DNA from: Octopus vulgaris
Lineage: Eukaryota
DNA: 64,000 nucleotides
Direction: 5' to 3'
Assembly (NCBI GenBank): GCA_951406725.2
Contig: OX597816.1
Coordinates: 8,122,001 to 8,186,000, forward strand
Each line of letters starts with the position of its first letter. The stretch's first letter is position 1. The notes beneath the pieces are model-generated. The model searched no databases. It saw nothing but the letters and a program-made list of their open reading frames with translations, and had not been told where the DNA came from. The position numbers and the translations under genes were made by a program. Positions 50,385-62,614 of this stretch are shown one piece after another.

Positions 50385-50730
50385 TTTACTTTATGTATGT
50401 ATTCTCATGCATATAGTTACATATCTAGACATGCTCATATATATTTAAATGATAAACTTCTGGAAAGTTTTATAGATTTTTACAGTTCCAGTGATGGACT
50501 GGATCTGTAGTCTTCGAATTAGCTTTTTTGAGAAGCCTAATTTCTCGAGTTTGGTATTTAGGCAGTGTTACATATCCCATGGTCCCAGTAATTACAGATA
50601 TAAACCTGAACTTGTAATCTGGATAGAGTAACTGCAGACTTCTCAAATAGTTCAGCATAGGTATTCTCTTTTTCACTGATCTTCAGCTTTATGTTAACAT
50701 CCGCTGGACAGCTAATTTCCACAACTGTGC
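50385..50730 (-). mobile_element. 3' end of the RLE-type LINE (same family as 29408-29795)
   Basis: Reverse complement match; adjoins a (TG)n/(TA)n tract. Confidence 0.8.
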
Positions 50731-50772
50731 AGTGTCTGTGCGCGCGCGCGTATGCATATAAAAATAATAATA

Positions 50773-51022
50773 AACGTTTCCTTCTCGAGCCATGCCAGGC
50801 TCAAGAGGGCCGGTTTCCTGGTTTCAATGGTGTATATATTCCCCGCCTGGACGGGACGCCGGTCCATCGCAGCGTTACTCATTTTTGCCAGCTGAGTGGA
50901 CTGGAGCAACGAGAAATGAAGTGTTTTGCTCAAGAACACAACGCGTCGCCCGGTTCAGGTATCGAAACCACAGTCTTACGATCATGAGTCTAACACGCCT
51001 TGCCACTAAGCGTTGCGCCTTT
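50773..51022 (-). mobile_element. tRNA-derived SINE sharing the tail of 41731-42035 with a different body
   Basis: GGTTTCGATACC B-box, TGTGTTCTTGAGCAAAACACTTCA body, CATGGCTCGAGAAGGAAAC tail. Confidence 0.8.
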
Positions 51023-51129
51023 ACTATGTATATATCCATATATGTGTGTGTGTGTACGATGGGCTTGCACAGTTTTTGTCTACCACATTTTCCCGCAAGG
51101 CTTTGGTCGATCTGGTGCTATAGTAGAAG

Positions 51130-51528
51130 CAGGCCCATCGCCAGGCTTTCGTGTCTGGGGTGGGGGCTAGGTGCTTCAGAGTATTCTGGACGGGCACTAA
51201 CTTGTAATAATCCTTTGTACTAAAAGCACAAGGCCTGAAATTTGGGAGGGGAGGGGACTAGTCGACCCCAGTGTTCCACTGGTACTTAATTTATAGACCC
51301 CCGAAAGGCTGAAAGGCAAAATCGACAACGGTAGGATTTGAACTCAGAACGTAGCGGTATTTCGCCCGACGTGCTAACGATTCCGCCATCTCGCCGTCTT
51401 GCACTAATTTGTAATAATACTAAATGGGGAGTTTCGAAATAGGCGAATCCCTATAAATTTGAGGGTGCACCATTGAATAGTGAAGGGGCAGTAGTGCCAT
51501 CCGTTGCACCCCCTTAGCGATTGGCATG
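51130..51528. mobile_element. hAT-type MITE with 8-bp TSD
   Basis: CAGGCCCATCGC ... GCGATTGGCATG termini; AGTAGAAG at 51122-51129 and 51529-51536. Confidence 0.8.
51212..51400 (-). mobile_element. SINE family A monomer (tail 2) with 18-bp TSD
   Basis: GCACTAA(C/T)TTGTAATAAT at 51194-51211 and 51401-51418. Confidence 0.85.
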
Positions 51529-51894
51529 AGTAGAAGACACCTGTCCAAGTTGCCGTTCTGTGGGACCGAACTCAAGACAATGGCTGCAAAGAGATCGTCT
51601 CAACCACACAGCCATTCCTGTCTATTTATCTGCTAAAAAAAAAAAAGCATTGATACGACTTAGGTTGTATTTGAAACTGTATCGGTGAATTACACCAAGT
51701 CACGATGCAATCATTTAATAAAGACTGTGTGTGTGGGGAAAATACAAACCCGTCATTTCATGTACTCCTAGGTAGACGGTGTCTCTCAGCAACACTCGTC
51801 CATTCACTTCAGATACAGAAATATCGATCCTTCTTACATTTCATTGTTTAAAAAGTTTCGCTTTCAAATAGTTTTTTTTTTCTTTGTTTAACCA

Positions 51895-51910
51895 GCACAG
51901 CAGCAGCAGC

Positions 51911-51974
<64 letters not shown>

Positions 51975-51977
51975 TTG

Positions 51978-52036
<59 letters not shown>

Positions 52037-52185
52037 TGTGGTGGTGGTGGTGGTGGTGGTAGTGGTAGTAGTGGCAGTGGTAGTAGTAGTAGTATTAGTA
52101 GTAGTGGTGGTGGTGGTGGTGGTTGTAGTAGTAGTAGTAGTGGTGGTGGTGGTAGTGGTGGTAGTATTAGTAGTAGTAGTAGCAA
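51895..52185. repeat. (GTA)n/(GTG)n microsatellite
   Basis: Direct reading. Confidence 0.95.
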
Positions 52186-52419
52186 CATGCTGCTACCTTG
52201 TCTCTCACCCTCTCTCTTTCTTCCTCTCCCACTCCTGTGAATGTTTCCCTCTCTCTCTCCTCCCTCTCCTCCCTCTCCTTCCCCCCCCCCACTATTTCTC
52301 ACGCTTCACACACGGTCGACGTTCGATCGCATAAAACTACCTCAGATCTCTTCCAGTTTATCTTCAGTTAACGATCGCTTTCCGTATCATTAAAGAAAGA
52401 AAGAAAAACATCATTATTA

Positions 52420-52632
52420 TGTCGGGCCTGGTGGCCAATCACGCCCAGCCAAATGCTTACGAGTACTTCATCTGCCGCTACGTTTTGAGTTCGAATTACG
52501 CCGAGGCCGACTTAACCTTTCATCCTTTCGGGGTCGGTAAATTAAGTACCAGTGGAGTACTGGAGGTCGATGAAATCGACTTAAGCCCTTCCCTCAAATT
52601 TCAGGCCCGGTAGCTTTAGTAGAAAGCATTAT
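52420..52632 (+). mobile_element. Diverged SINE family A monomer
   Basis: Meta-like domain and tail 2. Confidence 0.7.
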
Positions 52633-52644
52633 TTAATTCTATAT

Positions 52645-52849
52645 TGCTTACAGAGGGGCTAAAAATAAAGGGAACAGACCAAGGGAGTAAGTCGATTACA
52701 TCGACCTCACTGTGTAACTGGTACTTATTTAATCGACCGCGAAAAGATGAAAGGCAAAGTCGACCTCGGCGGAATTTGAACTCAGAACGTAACGGCAGAC
52801 GAAATACAGCGAAAGCATTTCGTTCTAATGATTCTGCCAGCTCGCCGCC
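52645..52849 (-). mobile_element. SINE family A monomer
   Basis: Ends GCCAGCTCGCCGCC on the plus strand. Confidence 0.82.
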
Positions 52850-52894
52850 TGTAATAGAAACGATTATTATTATCATTCATTATTATTATTGTTA

Positions 52895-54045
52895 AGGCGG
52901 CGAGCTGGCAGAATCGTTAGCACGCCGGGCGAAATACTTAACGGTATTTCGTCTGCCGCTACGTTCTGAGTTCAAATTCCGCCGAGGTCAACTTTGCCTC
53001 TCATAACTTTCGGTGGTCGATTAAATAAGTACCAGTTACGCACTGGAGTCGATGTAATCGATTTGATCCGTTTGTCTGTCCTTGTTTGTCCTCTCTGTGT
53101 GTAGCCGCTTGTGGGTAGTAAAGAAATATATGTTCCGTCTGTCTTTATGTTCTGAGTTCAAATTCCGCCGAGGTTGACTTTGCCTCTCATAACTTTCGGT
53201 GGTCGATTAAATAAGTACCAGTTACGCACTGGAGTCGATGTAATCGATTTGATCCGTTTGTCTGTCCTTGTTTGTCCTCTCTGTGTGTAGCCGCTTGTGG
53301 GTAGTAAAGAAATATATGTTCCGTCTGTCTTTATGTTCTGAGTTCAAATTCCGCCGAGGTTGACTTTGCCTCTCATAACTTTCGGTGGTCGATTAAATAA
53401 GTACCAGTTACGCACTGGAGTCGATGTAATCGATTTGATCCGTTTGTCTGTCCTTGTTTGTCCTCTCTGTGTGTAGCCGCTTGTGGGTAGTAAAGAAATA
53501 TATGTTCCGTCTGTCTTTATGTTCTGAGTTCAAATTCCGCCGAGGTTGACTTTGCCTCTCATAACTTTCGGTGGTCGATTAAATAAGTACCAGTTACGCA
53601 CTGGAGTCGATGTAATCGATTTGATCCGTTTGTCTGTCCTTGTTTGTCCTCTCTGTGTGTAGCCGCTTGTGGGTAGTAAAGAAATATATGTTCCGTCTGT
53701 CTTTATGTTCTGAGTTCAAATTCCACCGAGGTTGACTTTGCCTCTCATAACTTTCGGTGGTCGATTAAATAAGTACCAGTTACGCACTGGAGTCGATGTA
53801 ATCGATTTGATCCGTTTGTCTGTCCTTGTTTGTCCTCTCTGTGTGTAGCCCCTTGTGGGTAGTAAAGAAATATATGTTCCGTCTGTCTTTATGTTCTGAG
53901 TTCAAATTCCACCGAGGTTGACTTTGCCTCTCATAACTTTCGGTGGTCGATAAATTAAGTACCAGTTGCGTACTGTGGTCGATCTAATCGACTGCCGCAC
54001 CTCCCCCCAAATTTCGGGCTTTGTGTCTAGAGTAGAAAAGATTAT
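52895..54045 (+). mobile_element. SINE family A hexamer
   Basis: One head, five tail-1 units, one tail-2 unit, then (ATT)n. Confidence 0.92.
52963..53950 (+). repeat. 186-bp tandem array derived from SINE A
   Basis: GTTCTGAGTTCAAATTCC starts at 52963, 53149, 53335, 53521, 53707 and 53893. Confidence 0.95.
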
Positions 54046-54070
54046 TATTATTATTATTATTATTATTATT

Positions 54071-54515
54071 GAGTGAGAGAGCAGTTCATGCCATCAAAGT
54101 GACACTGGGGTAAAATATACGAAGCCCAATATACCCATCATGACTACCCGTCTGATAAAGGTACACAGCCCATCCTGCTCAAAAGGTCCCTGAATAAGGG
54201 TTGCTTTAGGATGTTGAACGAAACACCTATGTTTCCAGAGGTGAATTATTCAAACCTCAAAGAATCCCTCTCAACACACGGCTATGATGCTCCCCCACTA
54301 CTTCTGCTCATGATCAGAGATGCACATATCGTCAGCCACTAAGGGATATGCTCAACTGGTTACGGTCAAGCAACTGACAAGCAAATCTGTGGTATTGAGC
54401 AGAATATTTGCTGTAGCCCATCTTTTATACCAAGACAAAACAATGTACATGATAACACTTCCAATCAGTTAAGATCAGAAGCCATGAGAGCCACTGCCTG
54501 GTACTGCATCAGGGC

Positions 54516-54519
<4 letters not shown>
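54071..54519 (-). mobile_element. Repeat family D, internally deleted copy, in (TAA)n
   Basis: Matches 37422-37976 except for a missing internal block of about 110 bp. Confidence 0.7.
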
Positions 54520-54573
<54 letters not shown>

Positions 54574-55104
54574 GTCCTAACTGGTACACTAGCGATGCTG
54601 ATGCCACATCACTACTACTGCTGCTACAGTTGACGGTGTTACTATTACTACTACTACTACTACTACTACTACTGCTACTACTAGTATTACTACTGCTACT
54701 ACTGCTATTGCTGCTGCTGCTGCTGTAAAAGCAATTTCTCCAACATTATAGTTAGTTGCAATATTCGAATCATTTCCGTCTCGGTTGCTTTGTGTGACTG
54801 GAAACACTAACACTAACCGGAAGTAGAGGGAGCGGTGTGTCACGAACTTGATATGTTAACGAAACAAAAGAAAGCGATATTTCAAGAATTATTGAAATGA
54901 GTTAAGGCATTAAATAAGGGGAAAAAAAAGGAGAAAAGATCTCATTTCCCCTTCCCGTGCACATTTAAAAGTGTAAGCAAAACATTGTCGCGGATGTTTA
55001 GAAGGAAAAACGAACTTCAGCGTTCGTTCGATAAACAACATTTCGTGTTTGTAAACAACAGCTGAAATATATATGAAGTTATTCTCTGATTTTTTTATTA
55101 TTAT

Positions 55105-55303
55105 TATTTTACTTGGTTTCAGTCGATTGAATGTGGCCATGCTGGAGCATCGCCTTTAGTCGAACAAATCTACGCCACGACTAATTGTTTGTAAGTCTAG
55201 TACTTATTCTATCGGTCTCTATTGCTGAACTGCTAATGTTACGGGGACGTAAACACACAGACATCGGCTGTCAGGCGATGGCGGGGTGGAAGACAAACAC
55301 AGA

Positions 55304-55305
<2 letters not shown>
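55105..55305 (-). mobile_element. 3' half of SINE B
   Basis: Reverse complement of the tail. Confidence 0.7.
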
Positions 55306-55373
<68 letters not shown>

Positions 55374-55455
55374 AACAATTGCGGCCTGGAAGGTGTTTGT
55401 AAGCCATTTAAAAACACACAAAAACCGTTAGATTCACTTCAACATTTAAATTTAA

Positions 55456-55506
55456 TTTGTCAAAATATTTTCGTCGCTTTCAGACCGCGACCTCTTCACT
55501 GACAAA
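55456..55506 (-). ncRNA. Variant type I hammerhead-like motif (G at position 3)
   Basis: Minus strand reads TTTGTCA-GTGAAGA-G-GTCGC-ggtctgaaa-GCGAC-GAAA-ATATTT-TGACAAA. 7-bp stem I, 5-bp stem II, palindromic stem III. Confidence 0.6.
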
Positions 55507-55531
55507 ATTCCGTGGTGCATTAAATATATAC

Positions 55532-55581
<50 letters not shown>

Positions 55582-55667
55582 CTATGTATGTATCTATGCA
55601 TAAATGTATGTATGTATATATATGTCTGTCTGCCTTGTTTGTCGGTATGTATGTATGCATGTATGTA

Positions 55668-55870
55668 CGCCGGGCGAAATGCGTAGCCGTATTTCGTCTG
55701 CCGTTACGTTCTGAGTTCAAATTCCGCCGAGGTCGACTTTGCCTTTCATCCTTTCGGGGTCGATAAATAAAGTACCAGTTACGCACTGGGGTCGATGTAA
55801 TCGACTTAATCCGTTTGTCTGTCCTTGTTTGTGCCCTCTGTGTTTAGCCCCTTGTGGGTAGTAAAGAAAT
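55668..55870 (+). mobile_element. SINE family A monomer, 5'-truncated
   Basis: Consensus match. Confidence 0.85.
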
Positions 55871-56049
55871 ATATATATATATATATACATACACACACAC
55901 ACACACACATATAGCCACACAGTGGGACTGAACCCAGAACCAGGTGGTTGGGAAGCAGTCTACAATTTTATATTAAATAATTACATACTCTAATAACTTA
56001 GCTACTCACTGTTCCGTATTTAATAATTCTTTGAAGTGGGCGTGAATTA

Positions 56050-56445
56050 CAGCCATGCTGGAGCACCGCCTTGAAGCATTATTAGTCGAATGTATTGACC
56101 GCAGTACTAATTTCTTATTTTCGATTCTTGGTACTTATTTTATTGGTCTCCTTAGCCGAACAGCTACATTACGGGGACGTAAACACTGCAACACCGGTTG
56201 CCAGTCTATGGTGGTGGACAAACAGACACAAAGACACACACACATATATATGTGCGCGCACACACACTCTCTCTCTCAAACATACTCACACATATACACA
56301 CGACAGGCTTCTTTCAGTTTCCATTTACCAAATCCACTTACAAGGCCCTTTGGTTATAGCAGAAGGCACCTGCACAAAGTGCCACGCAGTGAGATTGAAC
56401 CCGGAACCGAGTGGTTGGAATGCAAACTTCTTCCCACGCGGCTAT
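56050..56445 (-). mobile_element. SINE family B, diverged
   Basis: Reverse complement of the consensus. Confidence 0.75.
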
Positions 56446-56582
56446 GCCAAATTTATCTTACAAACGTTGCAAATTCTCCCAAAATATGCTTAACTTTCGG
56501 TAAAAACAAAATCAATCAAAACCCTAAATAACGAAAAATGGCGGAGGAAATTCAACCCCATCCCGCCCTTTTATTCTTCCAT

Positions 56583-56656
56583 TCTACTATAGCCTTGGAC
56601 CGACCAATGCCTTGTGAGTGGATTTGGTAGACGGAAACTGAAAGGAGCCCGTCGTA

Positions 56657-56732
<76 letters not shown>

Positions 56733-56953
56733 GTATGTGAGTGTATATGTTTGTGTGTCTGTGTTTGTCCCCTAACATTGCTTGACAACCGATGCTGGTG
56801 TGTTTACGTCCCCATAACTTAGCGGTTCGGCAAAAGGGACCGATAGAATAAGTACTAGGATCACAAAGAATATGTCCTGGGGTCGATTTGCTCGACTAAA
56901 GGCGGTGCTCCAGCATGGCCACAGTCAAATGACTGAAACAAGTAAAAGTGTAA

Positions 56954-56955
<2 letters not shown>
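56583..56955 (+). mobile_element. SINE family B, 5'-truncated
   Basis: Consensus match with a long internal (TA)n. Confidence 0.85.
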
Positions 56956-57022
<67 letters not shown>

Positions 57023-58211
57023 AGAGAGAGAGACAGACAGACAGAGACAAACAGACAGACGGAAACATATATATGTATATATGTATATACATATATATAC
57101 TTAAATATGTGTGGGTGCGTGTGTGTGTGTATGTGTGTGTATATATACACACATGTATATAGATATATACACACACATACATATATTTACAGATAGCTAG
57201 ATAGATAGATAGAGTGATGAAGTAACTACATTAATGCTACAGAGTGAATGGCAGACAATTCCTCCCGGACAAGATTCGAACAACTTCCGCCATAGAATTT
57301 TGCCAGCGTCGGATTATTTTTCATTCACTCTGTGAAGGATAGAATGTGTCTGACACGTACACATTCATTGAGTAGAATTTCTGACACACACACACATGCA
57401 CACGCGCGCTCACACACACATACACACGAATATATGTGTATACATACATACATACATACATACATACATACATAGAGAGAGAGAGTGAGGGAGAGTAAAA
57501 GGCATACACATGTGTATGTATAATAATGTATAAATGTACACATACACACACACATACATATATAAATATATGTATGTGAGTATCTATGCATAAATGTATG
57601 TATATATATGTCTGTCTGCCTTTTTGTTTGTCGGTATGTATGTATGCATGTATGTAGGTATGATTGTGTGTAAATAATATACGTATGTATGTGTGAATGT
57701 GCGTATGTTTTGCAAGCTAATCTAAACATACACGTATACATCGAGTAACACGCATGCTCACAGAGAACCTACATGACAATGTCGGCATGGTTACGATATC
57801 GGAAGAAGAGATAATGCCGTTCGTTACCACTGGTGGGAATGATATTACAATTTATATTTGAAGGGAATTTTTTTTTAATATCAAGTTCAACATGAATTTC
57901 AAAAGAAATATAAATAAATAACAGCGTCACGCATAAAGTTTGGCCTTCTTTGCTCGGAGTTCATATTTCAAGTTTTTGTCTCATCTGATAATTACGTCTT
58001 GAAACTGTGAATGTATGTGCATTCACGTGCGAAAACATGGTGGAGCGTGCATGTCTCGTGGCTTATAACAACAATTAAGCCTACAAAAAATACACATTCT
58101 AGATAATCATCTACACACGCACGCGTTTAAATATCAATGACACAGCCTTCCATGCATACATACATGTGTATGTGTGTGTGTGCGTGCGTGTGTTTGTACG
58201 CGCGCGCGTAT

Positions 58212-58480
58212 GAAGACGCATTGCTTAGCGGTTAGGGTATTGCATTCACGAGCGCGAGGTCACGGTTTCAATTCCATGTGCGAGTGGTGCGTTGTGTTCT
58301 TGAGCAAAACACTTCACCTTACTTTGCTGTGCGATCACTTCCACACCTGACTCGCGGTAGACCGTCCAGGCAACGTCGATTTGGCGGACGGAGTGAGGTA
58401 ATGTACAGCACATGTACTTCATTACACTAAACACCTCGTTTGTTGCAGGTCGCTCATCAAAAGCTGAATTCACAAACGTC
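58212..58480 (+). mobile_element. Diverged tRNA-derived SINE related to 50773-51022
   Basis: GCTTAGCGGTTAGGG A-box, GGTTTCAATTCC B-box, GTTGTGTTCTTGAGCAAAACACTTCA body. Confidence 0.65.
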
Positions 58481-58587
58481 GTCTTAGACGGAAGAATACA
58501 TCATATACATACATACATACATACATACATACATACATACATACATACATACATACATACATACATACATACATTCGTATATACATA

Positions 58588-58742
58588 GGCGCAAGCGTGG
58601 CTGTGTAGCAAGTCGCTTGCTAACCAGCCACATGGTTCCGGGTTCAGTCCCACTGTGTGGCACCTTGGGCAAGTGTCTTCTACTATAGCCTCGGGCCGAC
58701 CAAAGCCTTGTGAGTGGATTTGGTAGACAGAAACTGAAAGAA
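58588..58742 (+). mobile_element. 5' half of SINE B
   Basis: Consensus match. Confidence 0.82.
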
Positions 58743-59114
58743 TCAGAATTATTAAGATAAAACTTACTTGGAAATGGATGCGTGGTGTTCAATCATATAA
58801 TAATATAAATAAACAGAAGTGGGGTTCAAAACTCACAACAGCTGTTTCGGTAGCATTTTATTAATGCATTCAGAGCATAACCCCACCAGCTTCAGGTCCA
58901 TTTTAAGCGTTTAAACAGTTAAAATAGAGATAGATAGCTAGTTTACCAACAATCATAGTGGAACAAGTGAAATTTTGAGAAAGCACAGCAAAATTTTTAG
59001 AGGAAATGTGTTTCCAGCCGCTACTAATACTGTGCTGTTAAAGCCTATGAATAAATATTGTGGCCAACACTGTGTTAGAATGAATGTAAAGCACTACACT
59101 TTTTAAAAATATTT

Positions 59115-59335
59115 TTATCTTTTCCTTGTTTCATTCATTAGACTGCAGCCATGCTGGGGCACCGCCTTGAAGAATTTTAGTCGAAGAAATCAACCCCAGT
59201 ATTTATTTATTTATTTATTTATTTATTGTTATTAAGCCTGGTACTTATTCTATCGGTGTCTCTTTACCGAACTGCTAAGTTATGGGGACATAAACACACG
59301 AACATGCTGGTGGTGGACAAATACAAACACAAAGA

Positions 59336-59412
<77 letters not shown>

Positions 59413-59589
59413 ATGTATGTCTGTATATATATGTACGTCTGTATATGTATGTATGTATATGTATGTATGTTTGTCTGTATATATATATGTATGTATATAA
59501 ATATATATGCATGTATGTATATATATATATGCATTTATGTATATATATATATATATATATATATACGTATATATATATATGCATGTATG

Positions 59590-59624
<35 letters not shown>

Positions 59625-59663
59625 CTATATATATATGTATGTATATATATATATGTATATCTG

Positions 59664-59749
<86 letters not shown>

Positions 59750-60078
59750 TATATATAAAAATGCAAAATGGGACAAGAACGCAAAACATTCAAATAGACG
59801 ATGCAAAAGACAGACGGGTCATTCGAAGCCTCTAATCTTCAGTCAAGAACCGGATCATCCTCGCAATTTCGGCTGATTAATCATGATATTGATTGACAAC
59901 AAAAGAATGACAGAGACGGACTTCTTTCAATATTCGTCCATCAAACCCAGTCGCAAGTCTTTGGTCGGCTCGAGGCCATAGTAGAAGATACGTGCTCAAG
60001 ATGTTACGCAGTGGGACTGCATGCGTAACCATGTTGCTGGGAAGCAATATTCTTGCCACACAGTCACAGCTACGTCCA
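59115..60078 (-). mobile_element. SINE B halves separated by a long microsatellite and an unrelated insert
   Basis: 3' half at 59115-59338 and 5' half at 59915-60078, collinear on the minus strand. Confidence 0.6.
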
Positions 60079-60356
60079 TATAGACGACATGGTCGTGAAG
60101 AGAAAAGGAAAGAATACTTGTATATGTAGCATGTTTCAACTATGTTTGGAGTTTCGTCAGCGGCACCAATAATTTGATATTCAATCTAACAGTCAAGAAA
60201 ATGGTAAATGTGTGAATTGGTCCATCCAGATTACTTTGGTTACTAATGTCAGTAGATTTATTAGTAGTATGTTCGTGGATAATTAAGGAAAATGCACAAC
60301 TACGGTCGAAACTCCAGACAGACCTGAGACATATCCACGAAGAATTTGTGTATACT

Positions 60357-61129
60357 AGAAATTCTTAATGTGGACGGTACCGCCCTAAAGGGTTGCTGAG
60401 CATGTCGCAGAGGGCGGTGAGGTTGCAGTGAGGTCACATAATTAATATACTAAATTTTGCCTAAGTAGTAATTATATTATACATGATAAAAACTAGTAAT
60501 GGGTTAACACTTTGCGCCTTCATTGGTTAGTTAAAGTTGAGACAGCGTCACATGACAACTTGCTGGGGGTGCCTGCTGGAGTCTAGCAGCAGGTATTTAA
60601 AGGGAAATTTGACAAGTCAGTCAGTCGCCCGCTGACACTCGTTGACGCTACATCGAAGAGGACAGGGAACAGAAGAAAGAAGACATGCAACCAACACCAG
60701 AGCTGAAGACACCTCTGAAGGGGGGGGGGCACGTCAAAACGGTAGAGGAGTAGGGGCCGAAACCGGACGTGGTTCCTCCTGATGATGTCTTCAGCTAACT
60801 GGATCCTATAAAGGAGCTGTTGTGGTAGCAGACCACAAAACACGGTTGTAATTCCTCCTATTAAAATAAAATGAGACCTCATCAGGCACAGGGAAGTTAT
60901 TAACTTGAAACGTATGAAGTAAATTTATAACGTTTGTCTTTATTAATTTTTTATCATTTCACTGTTAAAAGCTTATACAATCCATTTTACGAGTAAAATT
61001 TATAAATTATCGTCCATCTTAAGTTAGTTTCGTTGTGTTACCTCATTCATCACTTAGGCGAGCGCCAGGCATAACAACTTAAAATGGTGACGCTACAAAA
61101 AAAAAACAAACAAAGGTTAAGAACCATTG
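60357..61129 (+). mobile_element. Old hAT-like element with an insertion of about 355 bp at 60502-60858
   Basis: Collinear with 6432-7302; ends AAAGGTTAAGAACCATTG. Confidence 0.6.
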
Positions 61130-61217
61130 GTGTATAAAGACGCTGTTTGTATTCGTCGTAGCATACAGTATTGGCGAAAGGTTTGTAGTTATGTTCTATA
61201 ACACATTATAGCAATGT

Positions 61218-61845
61218 TTATTATCCTGCGCGCGTAAGCGAACGCAGGGTATTGTAATCACTCGTCTTTGTCTGTTTGTCTGTGTGTTTGCAAAATTACT
61301 GGAGAACGGCTGAACGGATTATCACCAAATTTAGCAAAAATACTCATTGGGTGAGTGGTTCGAAATTATGAAAATTTGGTTTGATTATCTTCAAACACAC
61401 ATAAATACATGCATAGATATGCGACTGTGTGCGTGTGTGTTTTGTGTATTTGTGCGTGCGTGCGTGTGTGTACAGTGATGGATTTGAGTGTTTCGTTTAT
61501 TTACAAGCTGATTTCTTGATTTCACCGGAGTATAAATATCTATAATGGTAATAATTTTTAAAAATTGAATTTACAAAATCGGCGTTAAGCAAGTGGTCAT
61601 ATTATTTATATCCTACAACAACTCCTGCACGTTTGATTCACCTGCCGTCACTGAAAGACGTTGATATGCAATATTTTCTAGAAATATTTCATTTTGTTCA
61701 CTTTCTTCGGCTACGTGTGTATAGATCATAACGTACCTATGCGTGTAGACACGTGTGGGTGCATACATACATAAATATATACATACATATGCGACTGTTT
61801 CGAGGGTTTCGTTTATTTACGAGTTGATTTCTTATTTTCACCGTT
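61218..61845 (+). mobile_element. Helentron-associated (DINE-1-like) non-autonomous element
   Basis: TTATCCTGCG..CGCAGGGTA subterminal inverted repeat, (TGTC)-like microsatellite, GGCTGAACGGATT..CCAAATTT block and internal repeats. Confidence 0.55.
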
Positions 61846-61860
61846 CTTAAGCTTCTAATC

Positions 61861-62371
61861 ACTCCCCACCCCACTGTGTGTGACCTTGACGGGGCGGGGA
61901 GGCTTGCGTACTCTTATGATCCCTAGAGCATGTGTCAGTGGGGGACGTGTTCCCCTGGTAGGTTTAACCTGGTTTGGTCGAAGAGGAGGAGTCAGACTAA
62001 AGTATACACATCAACAAATGTCTCTGGCAGATCTTCCATCTAAAGTGATTCGGCAGAGTGCCAAACATGACCTGTGGGAAAGGGCCAACCAGGAGCCCCT
62101 ACATGTTCAGATTAGACGAAGGAAATGGAGATGGATCGGACACACACTGCGGAAAGAACCCTCAAATGTGACACGACAAGCACTTGACTGGAACCCGCAG
62201 AGGATAAGGAAGCGAGGACGCTGGAAATAGACATGGAATCGGAGCATTTTGGGCGAGCTCAGGACCGCCGGCCTGACATGGGAAGCAGTCAAGACCACAA
62301 AAAGTGGAAAACAGCTGTTGAAGCCCTATGCTTCACAAGGGGCGAAAAGGATCAAGAAGAAGAAGAAGAAG
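61861..62371 (+). mobile_element. Bipartite RTE-derived element (5' UTR fused to the 3' end) with 12-bp TSD
   Basis: AAGCTTCTAATC at 61849-61860 and 62372-62383. RTE-type 5' UTR (ACCTTGAC..ATGATCCCTAGAGC..CCCCTGGTAGG..CAGACTAAAG), then [28 protein letters not shown] and a (GAA)n tail. Confidence 0.88.
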
Positions 62372-62568
62372 AAGCTTCTAATCCTCTTTTAGTCAAACAC
62401 TTACAAAACCTTATTCAGTTCAGTTAAAAAGCTTGGGAAAGCAACACATTGTAAACCACACTAGAATCGGCGAAAACATTTGTCTGCACGCAGGATATGC
62501 ATCGCCCCTCCGATGCCTTTTTTTTACATCTGCTTTCTGATAGAGAAAGAGAGAGGGAGAGAGAGAGA

Positions 62569-62614
<46 letters not shown>

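Larger units (their letters stand above)
51055..51620 (-). mobile_element. Old family B SINE split by a hAT MITE
   Basis: The consensus CTATAGTAGAAGACAC is interrupted at AGTAGAAG. Confidence 0.75.

Noticed and set aside
52963-53950. CRISPR-like array
   Set aside because: Units are contiguous 186-bp SINE fragments with no unique spacers and no cas genes, in eukaryotic DNA.
54816-54824. ETS-like motif ACCGGAAGT
   Set aside because: A single short motif with no supporting gene structure.
59760-59880. Minus-strand CTGAAGA..CGAAT in a probable PLE-type terminus
   Set aside because: No GAAA in register and no convincing stems.
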